Shown here piece by piece: positions 13,207-25,542 of a stretch of DNA of 64,000 bases (positions are counted from its first letter, which is position 1; every line of letters starts with the position of its first letter). The translations under genes were made by a program, and so were the position numbers. The notes beneath the pieces were generated by a model, which saw only the letters and a list, made by a program, of their open reading frames with translations, did not search any database and was not told where the DNA came from. The DNA comes from Diadema antillarum (taxonomy: Eukaryota). Location of the stretch: assembly GCF_040938485.1 (NCBI RefSeq), contig NW_027271504.1:1-64000 (forward strand), given 5' to 3'.

Positions 13207-16200
13207 ATGAAATTGATGAAGCATATCTCCAATGTCATGTTAGTAACCGTCTGGTTTCTGATGCACGAGATCACAAAATGTGCCGGAATCGGTGAAGTCA
13301 TATTTGCAGTGAACAGCGGAGGGCCTGGGCACGTAGACATGTACGGCACCCGCTACGAAGAGGACCCGCTGACCATCGGTATCTCCTCTGACTACGGAAA
13401 GAACATGCCCATCGCGAGGGTACCCCCAAGTGACGCTATTCTGTACCAGACAGAGCGCTATCATCTCTCAACCTTCGGCTATGATGTGCCCATTGAAGAG
13501 GACGGAGATTACGTGCTGGTGCTCAAGTTTTGTGAAGTGTGGTTTACTGCCCCAAAAATGAAGGTAATTGTTACTCGATCTCTTATCAGCCAGGTCGTCA
13601 CTCGGAACTCCAGCCTAGCCTAGTACTACGGCCTACTGACACACACTGATAATAAACCGATATGATCAGCTGATTGATTCCTCCAGAAACAGCCTGTACC
13701 TGTGACTGTGTAGATAGGCCTATACATTGAACATACAAGCAGACCCCTTCCTCACACTCAGCTCAGAAGCAAAAAGTGTCGGTGACCATATTCTATACTC
13801 ATAGATAATCCTAAGATAGATAGCCCAATAGGGCATTAAAAAACCATGGGCAATCCAGAGGACCAGGGTTTATTAAAATGTTTAGGGCTCATGCAATGTC
13901 ATCTAAGATAAAGACAGCTATGAGCTATTCTCACAATTGGTCATTTTAAATATTGGATTTAAATATAAATAGGGTCTAGTCTAGATATATTCACATTCAC
14001 AATCATATTTTTTTTTTTTTACAATCACACAAACATCAAATTAATTAATGAACCAAATCTCTAGGTTTTAATCATGTCAGTGCATTTTACATCTGACAAT
14101 CATACATTTTTTACTTGATTGCCAAAATTAGAATTCCACGAAATTTCATATTTTTTTTGGTAAAAACTCAAAAAGTAATTTGCACATTCCATCGACTTCT
14201 TACAATGTATAATAATTATTACAGTCCCCAACTCCCCACCCTGCTTTTTATGACAGGTGCCCTTTCATCATGATGCTAGAAAAATAAAGATATAAATGCA
14301 CTGATTCCATATAATGTTGGCTTCCTCTAAATTGTCTATTTATGACGTCAAGAAGTTTAGTAGTCTCCTTATTCAGCGATGACGACACCACAACGTTAAA
14401 ATTTCATAACCTTAGAATTGATTGCCCGATTTTGCTCAAACTTCCACTGATGTATTCTGCTATTATTTGCTGCTTTCACTCAATTCACACTTTGGCTGTA
14501 GTTTCCTTTAAAAAGTGGTGCCCGAAATCTATTTCACCGCTGTCTAGCCTTGTATTAACCTTTTCTCTCCATGACTGACTTTTCACAGAAACATTGTATT
14601 AAACCAGGATGTATGATATAAACTGCATGATAGCCATTGAGATGATGAAAGTCTCCCCCCCCCCCCACTCCGGTGGTCATCCATACCGCATGCGCGTTTC
14701 CAATTATTTGGGAAGGGGGTATATTTTCGAAGCTCAGCTCGGGGGAAAATCCTCGAAAAATCCTTAAATTAACCCGTTCCTTACGGGAACCTGGTTTACC
14801 AGGTTCCCGTGGGAGCAACTGATATACGGGAACCTGGTTTACCAGGTTCCCAAAATGAAGACAAGGGTGCCTGCTTCAGTGGCCTAAATTCATGTTTCTT
14901 TGTGTTAAAATGCTCAGAAAAGTGGGTTTGATAAAAAGATCAGAGTTCATTCTATCAGGATTTGTTCTCCTGCTGTTTAAACAAAAAGGGGGTTTTACAG
15001 TATTATGTACCTTTTCCTGATTTAGTTTTTTGCTTGTTCTGCTGTAAACTCGTACGAACATGTACATAATGATCAAGGCTGAGATCAGTTAGAAATGCGG
15101 GTTCGCTGACCCCAGTCACCTCACTCAGGTACCTGGTTTTGTGTAGAACAAAAGATTCTGAGAGCTCATCAGCGCACGCTCTATTCATACCTCGCACCCG
15201 ATCGATATTTCCATTGTTCACGGGCACATGTAGTTGACCGTAGAAAGGGGGACACAATGAACCGCTTGACTGCCTTCACACAGCTGGATTACCAACCTGT
15301 GTGCCTCTCTGTCGACGGGCGAAAATAATCTCGTTTGGCGGCATTAAAGGCACTCAGAGAATTGCGGAAGGAACGGGTTAAGGGGGTCTTTTATCATTTT
15401 CCCTGAAATATTTCTAATTAGGGGTTATTTACAAATCTTACCCAAACAATTCTGAAATAGCTAGATCAAGAAAAAAAAGAGAGAAAAAAAATCTGAAACA
15501 GGGGTGCATGTTTTGCTGTAAAGCATATCAGGCTCCAGCTGGCCTCGTTCTCTTAAAAAAAAACATGTGATGGGGGGCAATTCTACTGGTCTCCTTTCCA
15601 AAACCTTAATAATAGGAGGGTAATTTTGATGGCTCCTCTTCTAAAAGCCTGTGATAGGGGGTCAAAATCCTCGCCCCTTTCCCTCCAAATACCATCTTTT
15701 ATATTCATAATTAGATAAAAGGTGAGAAATATTTTGAGGTGGCTTCAAAATTTGAAGCAGGCGGGAACAAGAAACATGTTCGTTATTTTACTTTGCCTAA
15801 TAAAATGGTTTGTTTTGTTTTGTTTCTCTCTGTCTTTGCTCAGTGTGAAGACAGAGAGTAAGAGCAAAAGAGCAAACAATCAAATAACAATCAATCTAGG
15901 GTAAATTTCCTCATTCATCCTACACTTCAGGAGCATTTTAGCAACCAGCTTTATACCCATACAATTCATTACCAGTGGCAGGCCATTTCAGCAGAACATA
16001 TGTAGGCATACGCGTATAATACTGTATAAACATCGTAATGGAAAGTAACGAGCAAGTAGCAAATCAGTAATTGCAATTCTTGCATTCGTCCAATATTTAT
16101 GGCCACAAATTTGTTATCGATGGACAAAGTTGGTTCATGAAACTTGGCATCATTGAGTGCATACAGTTGTAGCTTAAAGGGATGGTACAGTTTCGGTTGA

Positions 16201-19200
16201 GGTGGGGGCTTCAGGTTTCCAACGTTTTTCGATGATTATCTATTTAGAATACCGGTAGATAAATAGAAACTTCTTATGAAATATGAAAGAGCCTATAATT
16301 CTAAGAGAAATTCAAAGTTTATTTGATAAAATTGGCTTTGAAATGGCTGAGATATCCAAAATAAAGCGATCCTAATAAAAGATGGGACCCACTTTTTATT
16401 GGGATCGCTTTATTTTACTTTGTTTTTTGATATCTCAGCCATTTCAATACCGATTTCCATCAAATAAACTTTGAATTCCTGTCAGAATTGTATGCTAAAT
16501 ATATTTTATCAATGCATTTCAAAAAGTGGTGTCTAAGTATCTTGCAAAAATGTTAAAAGTGTAATTCTTACCTCAACCAATACTACATGTATATACCATC
16601 CCTTTAAGCATGATTCAATACCATTCTTAACAGAAACTACTGAATCCATAGAATGAGTTGTACTTTTAAAAGGTCAAAGCTGTATTTTGTTCCTGATCCT
16701 CTGGAGTGTACATACCTGTATAATAACGTAGTACCGGTACTGCATTGTCTATTTTGAGAATTTATATCTAATAGGCTGTGACTCTCAGAAATGAAGTTTG
16801 GTGTGTGAATGGTAGATGTTATGATTCAAGGATCAATGAATGTAAGATAACAATTTTGTTAAAGGTACTGCAATCGGGAAAATTAGAAATGGAAGGGGGG
16901 GGGGGGGGGGGGGGACAATCACTGGCTTTGTCATGTGTATGTCTAGTCAGATGTTTCCTATGGTCTGAACAAACACCCTGCATATTCCTGTGTGTGTCTT
17001 CATCCCATAAACTTGTCAAAAAGTGACCTTTTTCACAGTATTTGTAACCTGTTGCCCCATCAGTCCATGAGTCTTGGTAGTCAAGAAATGTGCAGAATGA
17101 AGTGATTTGCCAAGTGTCACATATGATATTGTATGAATGACAAAACCTGAAAATTTATTAAAGGTACTGGTTACCATTGGGAGCAGTGATTCAAAAAATG
17201 TTCGAGTTATCACATTAATGCATACATGTGTAGGTCAGTTGTAACACAAAACATCCTACCATATAAAAATTTTGCAATAAAGCCTAAGATATGAGGAGAT
17301 ATCACTATTTTTCTCACTAAACCATAACTGTAGACGGTTTAGTCTAGGAACAATTTTATTCATATAACTATTGTTTACATTTTGTATGATATATTTAACA
17401 ATACTTCAACAGTGGGAATCAGTGGGCATGCTGGGGGATGACTGTTCCAATCCTTGTGAGATTCATTTAAGAGTACCTTATATATCTATTGCTGTATGAA
17501 AATTATTTGCTTCAGAATGGTCTCATATTCAAGTAATGTGCAGTTCAATGTTTCCAGGTTAGCATGCCTGTACAGTGACGGGGCAATCGTTAACGGTAAA
17601 CTGCACATTACTTGAATATGAGACCATTCTGAAGCAAATGATTTTCACACAACAATAGATCTAATGTACTCTTATATGAACCCCACAAGGATTGGAACAA
17701 TCATTCCCCAGCATTCCCACTGATTTCCACTGAATAGTTACTAGCCATCCCCTTTAACATTGATTATACTGATTAACTTTTTAGCTCGCCTGAGCCGTAG
17801 GCTCAAGATTGCGATCGCTCTTCGTCCGGCATGCGTCGTCCGTCGTGCGTAAACTTTTACATTTTCATCGTCTTCTTGAGAACCCCTTGACCGATTTTCA
17901 CTTGGCAGGTAGCATCCCTAGGGGATAGGATCTCAATTTGTTCAAGTGGGCACCATACCCCAGCTTGGGGCCCCAAGAGGGGCCCAAACCCCCCCCCCCC
18001 CCCCAAAAAAAAAAAAAAAAAAAATGAAGGAATCTTAACAAATCTTCTTCTCTAGAACCAGAAGTGATAGAGCTAAGTTAATACAATGAGTCAAGATATT
18101 GATGACTGTTGTTTCAAGTTTGTTCATGGGAGAATCAGGGGTGCCCTCCCCACCCCCTTTGGACCCAAGGAAGCGGGATGGGATGGGGGGGTCCAAATGC
18201 GGGCCTAAATTTTCATCTTCTTGCTGAAAACAACAATGGATTTTCACCCAACTTGTCAAGTAGCATTCCCATAGGGATAAGATCTCAAAGTGTTTGAGTG
18301 GGCACCATGCTTTCCTTGGGGGCCCCAGGGGGTCCACACCTCCTAAATTAATGAATATTGAATAATATTTTTTTCTAGTTCTAATCAAAAGTGATAGGGC
18401 TTTAAGTCTTTTTTCCCAAGCTGCATAATCCAACATTCTATAAAGTACAGTGTACTTGGCAGGTGTTTTTACCAGTGAGATGGAATATGTACTGATGGAT
18501 ACCATGCCCCCATTCTCAAAGCTACCCCCACCATAAGTTTCCAATGTTCTCAGGTAAGAGTCTGCAAGAATGCATGGAAGGTGAACTTGTGATACTCAGG
18601 TGAGCGCATGACCCCCGGGTCTCTTGTTTACACTGGTTGTTTCTATCCTAACTCACAGTTTAGAACTATTTTGAAGCACTACAGCTAGGGTTTTGTTTCA
18701 TCTGCAAATGGTAAACAATGCTTTTAATCATCATTGAAGACATACACTTATATAGGTTACGTTCAGGCACAAAATTACCGGTAAGCATTGATGCAACAAT
18801 GGTAGTATCAGACAGTTTTGAATTTGCCATGAAAAGGCACAATTAATGCCCTTGTGGTTGGCTGATGGTGAGCTTTAACATTGTCAATCTTGAGTCATTT
18901 GTGCAGTTACTACCAGGGTTCACGTATCTTTGTTTCAAACCTGTCACCTTTTTAGCTCACCTGGTGAGCTATTGCGATCGCTCGTCGTCCGTCGTGCGTC
19001 GTGCGTCGTGCGTCGTGCGTCGTCCAGCGTGCGTAAACTTTTACATTTTCATCTTCTTCTTGAGAACCCCCTGACCAATTTTCACCAAATTTGGCAGGTA
19101 GCATCCCTAGGGGGATAGGATCTCAATTTCTTAAGTGGGCACCATACCCCACCTGGGGGCCCCCAGAGGGGCCCAAACCCCCCAAAATTAAGGAATCTTA

Positions 19201-22200
19201 AAAAAATCTTCTTCTCTAGAACCAAAAGTGATAGAGCCAAGTTAATGCTATGAATTAGTACATTGATGACTGTTGTTTTAAGTTTGATCGTGGCGGAATC
19301 AGGGGTGCCCCCCTTGGGACCCAGGGGAGAGGGGTGGGGAGGGGTCCTAATGGGGCCCAAATTGGACATTTTCATCTTTTTCTTGAAAATGCCATAATGA
19401 ATTTTCACCAAAGTTGGCAGGTAGCATCCCTAGGGGGAAAGAATCTTATTCCCATCAAATGGGCACCATGCCCCACCTGGGAGCCCCAGGGGCCTAAATT
19501 TGGACCGAAATTGTAAATTTTCATCTTTTTCTTGAAAACCCTATAAATCACTAATTTTCACCAAACTTGGCAGGTAGCATCCCTAGGGGGATAGAATCTC
19601 AATTCCATCAAATGGACACCATGCCCCACCTGGGGGGCCCCAGGGGTCCCACCCCCTCCCCCCCCCCCCTCCTGTAAGGAATCTCAGGTACATGTACAGA
19701 TTTTCTCTAGAAATGGAAGTGATTGAGCTAAGTTAATACACTGAGTCAGTATATTGATGACTGTTGTTTCAAGTTTGTTCATGGGAGAATCAGGGGTGCC
19801 CCCCCCCACCCCTTGGGACCCAAGGAAGCAGGATGGGATTGAGGGGGGGGGGGTCCAAATGCAGGCCTAAATTTTCATCTTCTTGCTGGAAACAACATAA
19901 TAGATTTTCACCATAATTGTCAAGTATGAGCATTCCCATAGGGATAAGATCTCAAAGTGTTTGAATGGGCACCATGCTCTCTTGGGGGGGGGGGGGGGGG
20001 GGCAGTGGGTCCACACCTAAATTAATGAATATTGAATAATATTTTTCTCTTGTTCTAATCAAAAGTGATAGGGCTTTAAGACTTTTTTTCCCAAGCTGCA
20101 TAATCCAACATTCTATAAAGTACAGTGTACTTGGTAGGTATTTTTACCAGTGTGATGGAATATATGTACACCATGCCCCCATTCTCAAAGCTACATTGTA
20201 CCCCCACCATAAGTTTCCAATGTTCTCAGGTAAGAGTCTGCAAGAAAGCATGGAAGGTGAAGTTGCGGTACTTAGGTGAGCGCGTGACCCCCGGGTCTCT
20301 TTTTTGTTGTTGAATTGATCCTTTTTAATGAAGAGCAAAGTACACAGAAGGCTTATTTATAATCTTCTGATCGATCTGTTCCTCTCTGCACAGGTGTTTG
20401 ATGTTGTCCTGAATGAACAGCACACTGTGGTCCCAGGACTGGACATCTACCACAAGGTCGGGCGGGGGACAGCCCATGATGAAGTAATTCCCTTCACGGT
20501 CAGCAAGAGCAAACTGAGGGTCCAGGATGAAGTGTCCACTTTTGGAGGCAACCTGAGGGTGGAGTTCCAGAAGGTATTACTCAAATCTTGTTGTACTGTA
20601 GCAACACCTTTCTTGACCCCTCCCCCTTCCAATACAGTGCACTCCCGTTTAACGAATACGGTTACAAGTAACGAAATTCCGGTTACAATGAAGTAAAATT
20701 CAGGCTGCAACATTATCTGCACTGTGCATTTCTGCTGTTTAATAGTTCGGTTATAATGAAATTTCGATATAATGAAAGAAAACTGCCAGTCCCGAGGACT
20801 TCGTTATAACGGTAGTCCACTGTATTTCTGTTACATTTCATTTCAGGAGACATACAGTTTGCATTCTAAGACAATATGCGGTCAATTGTCACTGGCCAAT
20901 CAAATATGGGTGTCTTTGCTGGATAGTGGCATGGCTGGTAAACATGCTCACTGTATGCTAAGTGTAGAAGTGACAGATTTTTATGCCTCCGCCCTAAGGG
21001 TGCTGGAGGCATTATTCAGTGCTGAAACTAGGTTGTAGTCATTTACTCCACTCCCCTCCCCCCCCCCCCCCCCCAACAGTAAAGGATCTAATATTAGTCC
21101 GTTTAATTGACAATATATGAGGAATAAAGTTTTAAAAAAAATTGCTGTCAGTGCCAGAACAGTGTGCAGGAAACCATCATATGCAATTATTTCCCATCTC
21201 CACATCTTTATTTTTTATTTTTTGAGGGGACAGGGGAAACTAATTATCGACATTAATGCATTTCATGCAATTTAAAATGAAGAAAACATTTTACAGATTT
21301 AAGTTTTTAACAATTCCACATTTGTAAAGTTGTTGCTTAGTGGGATTTTTTCGAACAAATTTTATACTTTGCATTAGGACAACACATTTTTATTTGAATC
21401 CTAAGGTTGTTATTGGTAGTACTTCGTATTTCCAGTTTTAGAAATTTGGTATTTCATGTTAACCATGCACGCAAATTTCCTTGGAAATTTACTTTACATG
21501 GTACTCTGTCATTTTACATAGAATTCAAGCAATCAGTGCTCAAGGAGCCATTAGTGAGGAGCTTTTGTTTCTAGTACATACATCCTCTCTTTGCCTTTCT
21601 CAAACTACTTTATAAAGGGCTTTCTGCTATCTTTCAGTCACCTTTAAAAGTGAAGAACAGCTATTTAAATTGTGCACATACAGGATGTGACAGTAGTGAC
21701 ACAAAGTTTCATGTTGTGATTAGTGTGGGATGTATTACGAGATGATGTGGTATGACACTCAACACTTTGTCAATGAGATAGCAGCATGTATTAGTCTTGA
21801 GTAGAAGCCCAGGAGGGCCTTCTCAAAGTCATACAAGATGATTGAGGTGATCCAGGTTCTGGGTTTAGAATCATGGTACCGTATGCAATCATGGCATGTC
21901 TGGTATGTGTAGTGCTGCAATATTAAATTCAGTGGCTTCATAACTTACAGCATGCTTTAGCAATGAGCAGGGCTGGGTAGAGTTTCTGCCTCTTGCAGAC
22001 ATGGTTGGTCAGTATTTTTTGTTCCATTGGATAAGATCAGCTTGTTTCTTGTAGACATGTCTGATGTTCTGCCAACTTCCATCCCCATTTGTGGTAATCT
22101 GTGTTTGATTGAAGGTACATTTACACTGTTGCAGAGCAGGTTCATAATAACAACACATTGTGGACAGTTGGTCCTACTTGTATTTGTAAAATATATTACA

Positions 22201-25200
22201 AAATCTCTTAAAATGTATCCCCAAGTATTGTATGCACTCCTCATCCTGGTATCACAGTGGTGTAAGAGACATGTACAGTGTAGTAATCTTGTGAAGACTT
22301 TACCAAGGTTATAAAGTATAAACAAATAAGGATAAGTCTAGAAAGACATCTAATACCCCTTTTATACTGGGCGTTAGCTCGCTTCAGGTGCGGACCTGAA
22401 GCGAGCTAACTCTCAGTATAAAAGGTCGAAAAATAGCTAGCCTGAGCTAAAGTTAGTCTTCTCTAGGGGGGGTGGATCAGGTCAGCTTCAGGTCCGAGCT
22501 ACAGCTAACTTCAGTATGAAATGTTTCTCGGGAAAGCTTGAGCTAAATTCACTGACCCATGACCTGAAAGTGTGTACGGTGCTTCCGGGTGGCCAATATG
22601 TACGTTGACTGCTGTACAAGTGTACTGTTGCCACCGGCGCGCTGTGTATTACGCATCGCATGCACTGGTGTAGTATTTTACGCTGTCACTGTTCGCTGTT
22701 CGGTAAAACTGTCAATGAACTCTTTGAACTAGCAAAATATAATTGAATAAATGAATAAATAAATAAATAAATAAATAAATAAATAGACCAGCACAGTGGG
22801 TGGTCGAGATTGGCAGTATAAAACGACTTAGCCCAAGCTACAGTTAGCTCGCTTCAGAAGCGAGCTAAAAGTCGTGCACAGTATAAAAGGGGTATAAGAG
22901 AACTAAATTGTGTCATCTATCTAGTAGAAGCTATTCTGAGAGACATGATGGAAGTTACAGTTAATGAACAAGAGAAGAAAATACAGTAGGTTAAAGTCAT
23001 GATAGCAAAATCTAAATTGAACATATATGTATTGCTTCAATACCTGAAAAAAAAAATGCTCTCTCAGTAAATATAATACTGTACGAGCTGAAATTTTCGC
23101 GGTGGTTTTATTTTCACGAATTTCGCGAATCGCCTTTGAACCGCAAAAATAACAACACGCGAAAATAACAACACGCGAATAAGTAAGTTCAGTTAGACCC
23201 TCGCAACTGCGAATTAACAACACGCGAAAATGTCCTCCAAGTAGCAATTCGTGAAAATATCTGTACGCGAAAATTTCAGCTCATACACTACTCATGGATG
23301 ATTACCAAAGTCTCAAAGAAACAATAAGCTGATATTAACTTAATTCCAAGTAGATAATGGTATTAAATAGACTTGCTCAGCCAGATCAAATATAAAATTG
23401 GGTGCCTCAGAGTGCATGAAGACCAGATGGTCAGTAACATGACCCTGTGTACACCAAGCATACCTGTGTAAGGGAACAGATGCATCAAAATATATCTCAA
23501 ATGCAGTACCAGGCTTTGCTCACTGAGGTTTTCCCACACTGCATGGGGTAACATTATTGACTTGCACTGAGATAGTAATCCACCAGAATCAAGGCCATTT
23601 ATGTGTTTTCATACAGAAGGAATAATACACTTTGTGCTCTAAACTTGCCAGAAAGATGACATGATCATCATAGAAAATGTTAAAGGAACAAAATTTGTGG
23701 CATAACATGCTTATATTATGTATACATTTAGGGGAAATGACTTTACAGTGTGTGATTCTGCCACTTCTGATGGTACATCTAATACCTTCAGAAGTTGTGC
23801 AACACGTACACTGTGTACCAGCAACCTACAAGTGTATAAAACACTCTCAGCAGGAAAGGCACCTCACTGCATTTTTTCCAATCAATCAAAATGTGCATTT
23901 TTACTATAACATACATTGTACACAAGTACATTGTAGTCATAAAAATTAATGAATGAAAACTCTGCATCAAAAGATTGCCACGATTAGTTTTATGTGTTCT
24001 CCTTTCAGTTTGAGTGAAGTCATAAAAATTAGCGGGTGAAAGCTCTGCATTAAAATAGATTGCCATAATTAGTTTTATGTGTTCTTCCTTTGCAGTTAGA
24101 GTGAAGTGTGCAAAAGTGAGTCTGAAGAATACCCCTGACAATGAGAGATTATAGTGCAATTGCTGTTTGTGGCAAGACTGTAAGGCAGATATATTAGAAT
24201 GTTGCTACAACAAATATATCAGTTGTAATCTTTTATTAATAATCTTTTGCTTTCATTAAAGATATCTCAGTCTGTTTTTTACTAAACGTGTTATTTTCTT
24301 GACTTTTGTATATATATAGGGAGAACTGGACAACCCCAAAGTGAATGCTATCGTCGTGTACAAGGGCTCAGTGGACGGTGAGATTTTATGTTTGACTACG
24401 AGTTTGGATAACTACAGTAGTCTCCATTTAATCGGGTATTGTCTGGCAGAGCATTTCTCACCCAGTTAAGCAGAGTACCCGATTAAGCATTACCCGGTTA
24501 AGCGGAGAGTACTGTACATGTATCTTTCATATGGCCACTGAGCTGAGGAAGCCATTAGAGAGTGAATATTTTATTGCTAGCACCACAGAACCTGGTTCCT
24601 TTCAGTCCCCTCCAATGGAGAAGGCATGTAGAATGAAATGCTTTGCCTACTAGCGCAGCTATAGTTTCCAGTGTAGTGAAACCAGGAACCTCAAGATCAG
24701 CAGTCTGTGGTCTTGTTGAGAGAAAATGAGTTATCGGTACCTCAAAAAGTCTAAATGTTTTGTGTGTTCTACAGGTTACATTGATGAACAAGAAATATGT
24801 TATCTTATTTGGAAATTGTCCTTGACCCCCCAAAAATGACATATCACCAAAAAAGAAACAAAAATAGAATATTTGATCTATTCAAATATGTTTTTTAAAT
24901 GCTTTGTGCTCCAGCTTACAGTGTACGTTCACTTTTCAATCAAAAACCACTATTTGGGAGCATATAGTCTAACTTTGGAGATGTTCTGACTGCATCATCC
25001 ATTATCCATTACAAGGATAAATGATTACCTTTCTTTTGTTGTATTTGTGCTCTTAGCTTTATAGGAATTTAATCCCAGTTTACTGGACATAAGAGTTCAA
25101 GATAGAAATTCTTCGCTCGTAGGAAAAGTCATGTTTTGATATATTGTAAGATAATTGTTAGCATCTAATACTATGCCAGTACAGACATCTAATACTATGC

Positions 25201-25542
25201 CCGTATTGCTTCCCAAAATTCCTTGTACATAGCCTTATTTGATGCTTTATATCATTTGGAATAGCTCTAAATTGATCTTTGATCTCTTTTTGCATGTTTG
25301 ATCCTTCAGACGTGCCGAGGTTACCGGCGATCCCCGGTCTCGACGACGTCGATGAGGAGCCGGAGGAGGACGATGAGGACAAGGATGAGGAGGACATAGC
25401 AAAGCCAGCCAAGCAGACCCGCTGGAAGTCGGGACCGAAGGCTGTCGATCCGTACGCTGCTGATGAAACGAGCTTTTTATTCCCAGTACTAATAACCATA
25501 GCAATATTCATCCCAACTTTGTTTTGTCTTTGTAGATTATAA
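13207..25542 (+). CDS. MLEC: Malectin, ER membrane Glc2-N-glycan-binding lectin (275 aa)
   Basis: Exons 13207-13563 (signal peptide, [23 protein letters not shown]), 20394-20573 ([15 protein letters not shown]), 24320-24377 ([11 protein letters not shown]), 25310-25542 (acidic linker, TM helix, C-terminal [12 protein letters not shown]). Total 828 nt, all phases consistent. Confidence 0.96.
14773..15377. mobile_element. piggyBac-like MITE
   Basis: TTAA|CCCGTTCCTT ... AAGGAACGGG|TTAA; a related end fragment lies at about 30859-30883. Confidence 0.75.
16178..16603. mobile_element. Kolobok-like MITE with TTAA target duplication (partial copy at about 28500-28745)
   Basis: TTAA|AGGGATGGTA ... 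TACCATCCCT|TTAA. Confidence 0.7.
17410..17732. repeat. Palindromic (foldback) element with arms of about 135 bp
   Basis: Perfect 40-bp inner arms 17506-17545 / 17599-17638; outer arms imperfect. Confidence 0.85.
17778..18628 (-). mobile_element. Helentron-type element, family C (shorter copy)
   Basis: TTAGCTCGCCTGAGCC.. and ..CTCAGGTGAGCGCATGACCCCCGGGTCTCTTGTT ends; homologous to 18949-20300 and 55440-56814. Confidence 0.7.
18949..20300 (-). mobile_element. Helentron-type element, family C, with internal tandem units
   Basis: (CGTCGTG)n microsatellite near one end; repeated GGCAGGTAGCATCCCTAGGGG units; matching terminal motifs. Confidence 0.75.
22354..22894. mobile_element. PIF/Harbinger-like MITE
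   Basis: TAA|TACCCCTTTTATACTG ... CAGTATAAAAGGGGTA|TAA; internal AGCTCGCTTCAG/CTGAAGCGAGCT palindromes; (TAAA)n tract. Confidence 0.75.

Noticed and set aside
23936-24112. Tandem duplication of about 85 bp containing acceptor-like TTTCAG/TTGCAG
   Set aside because: No matching donor or in-frame malectin-like coding; exons 2 and 3 already join in phase.
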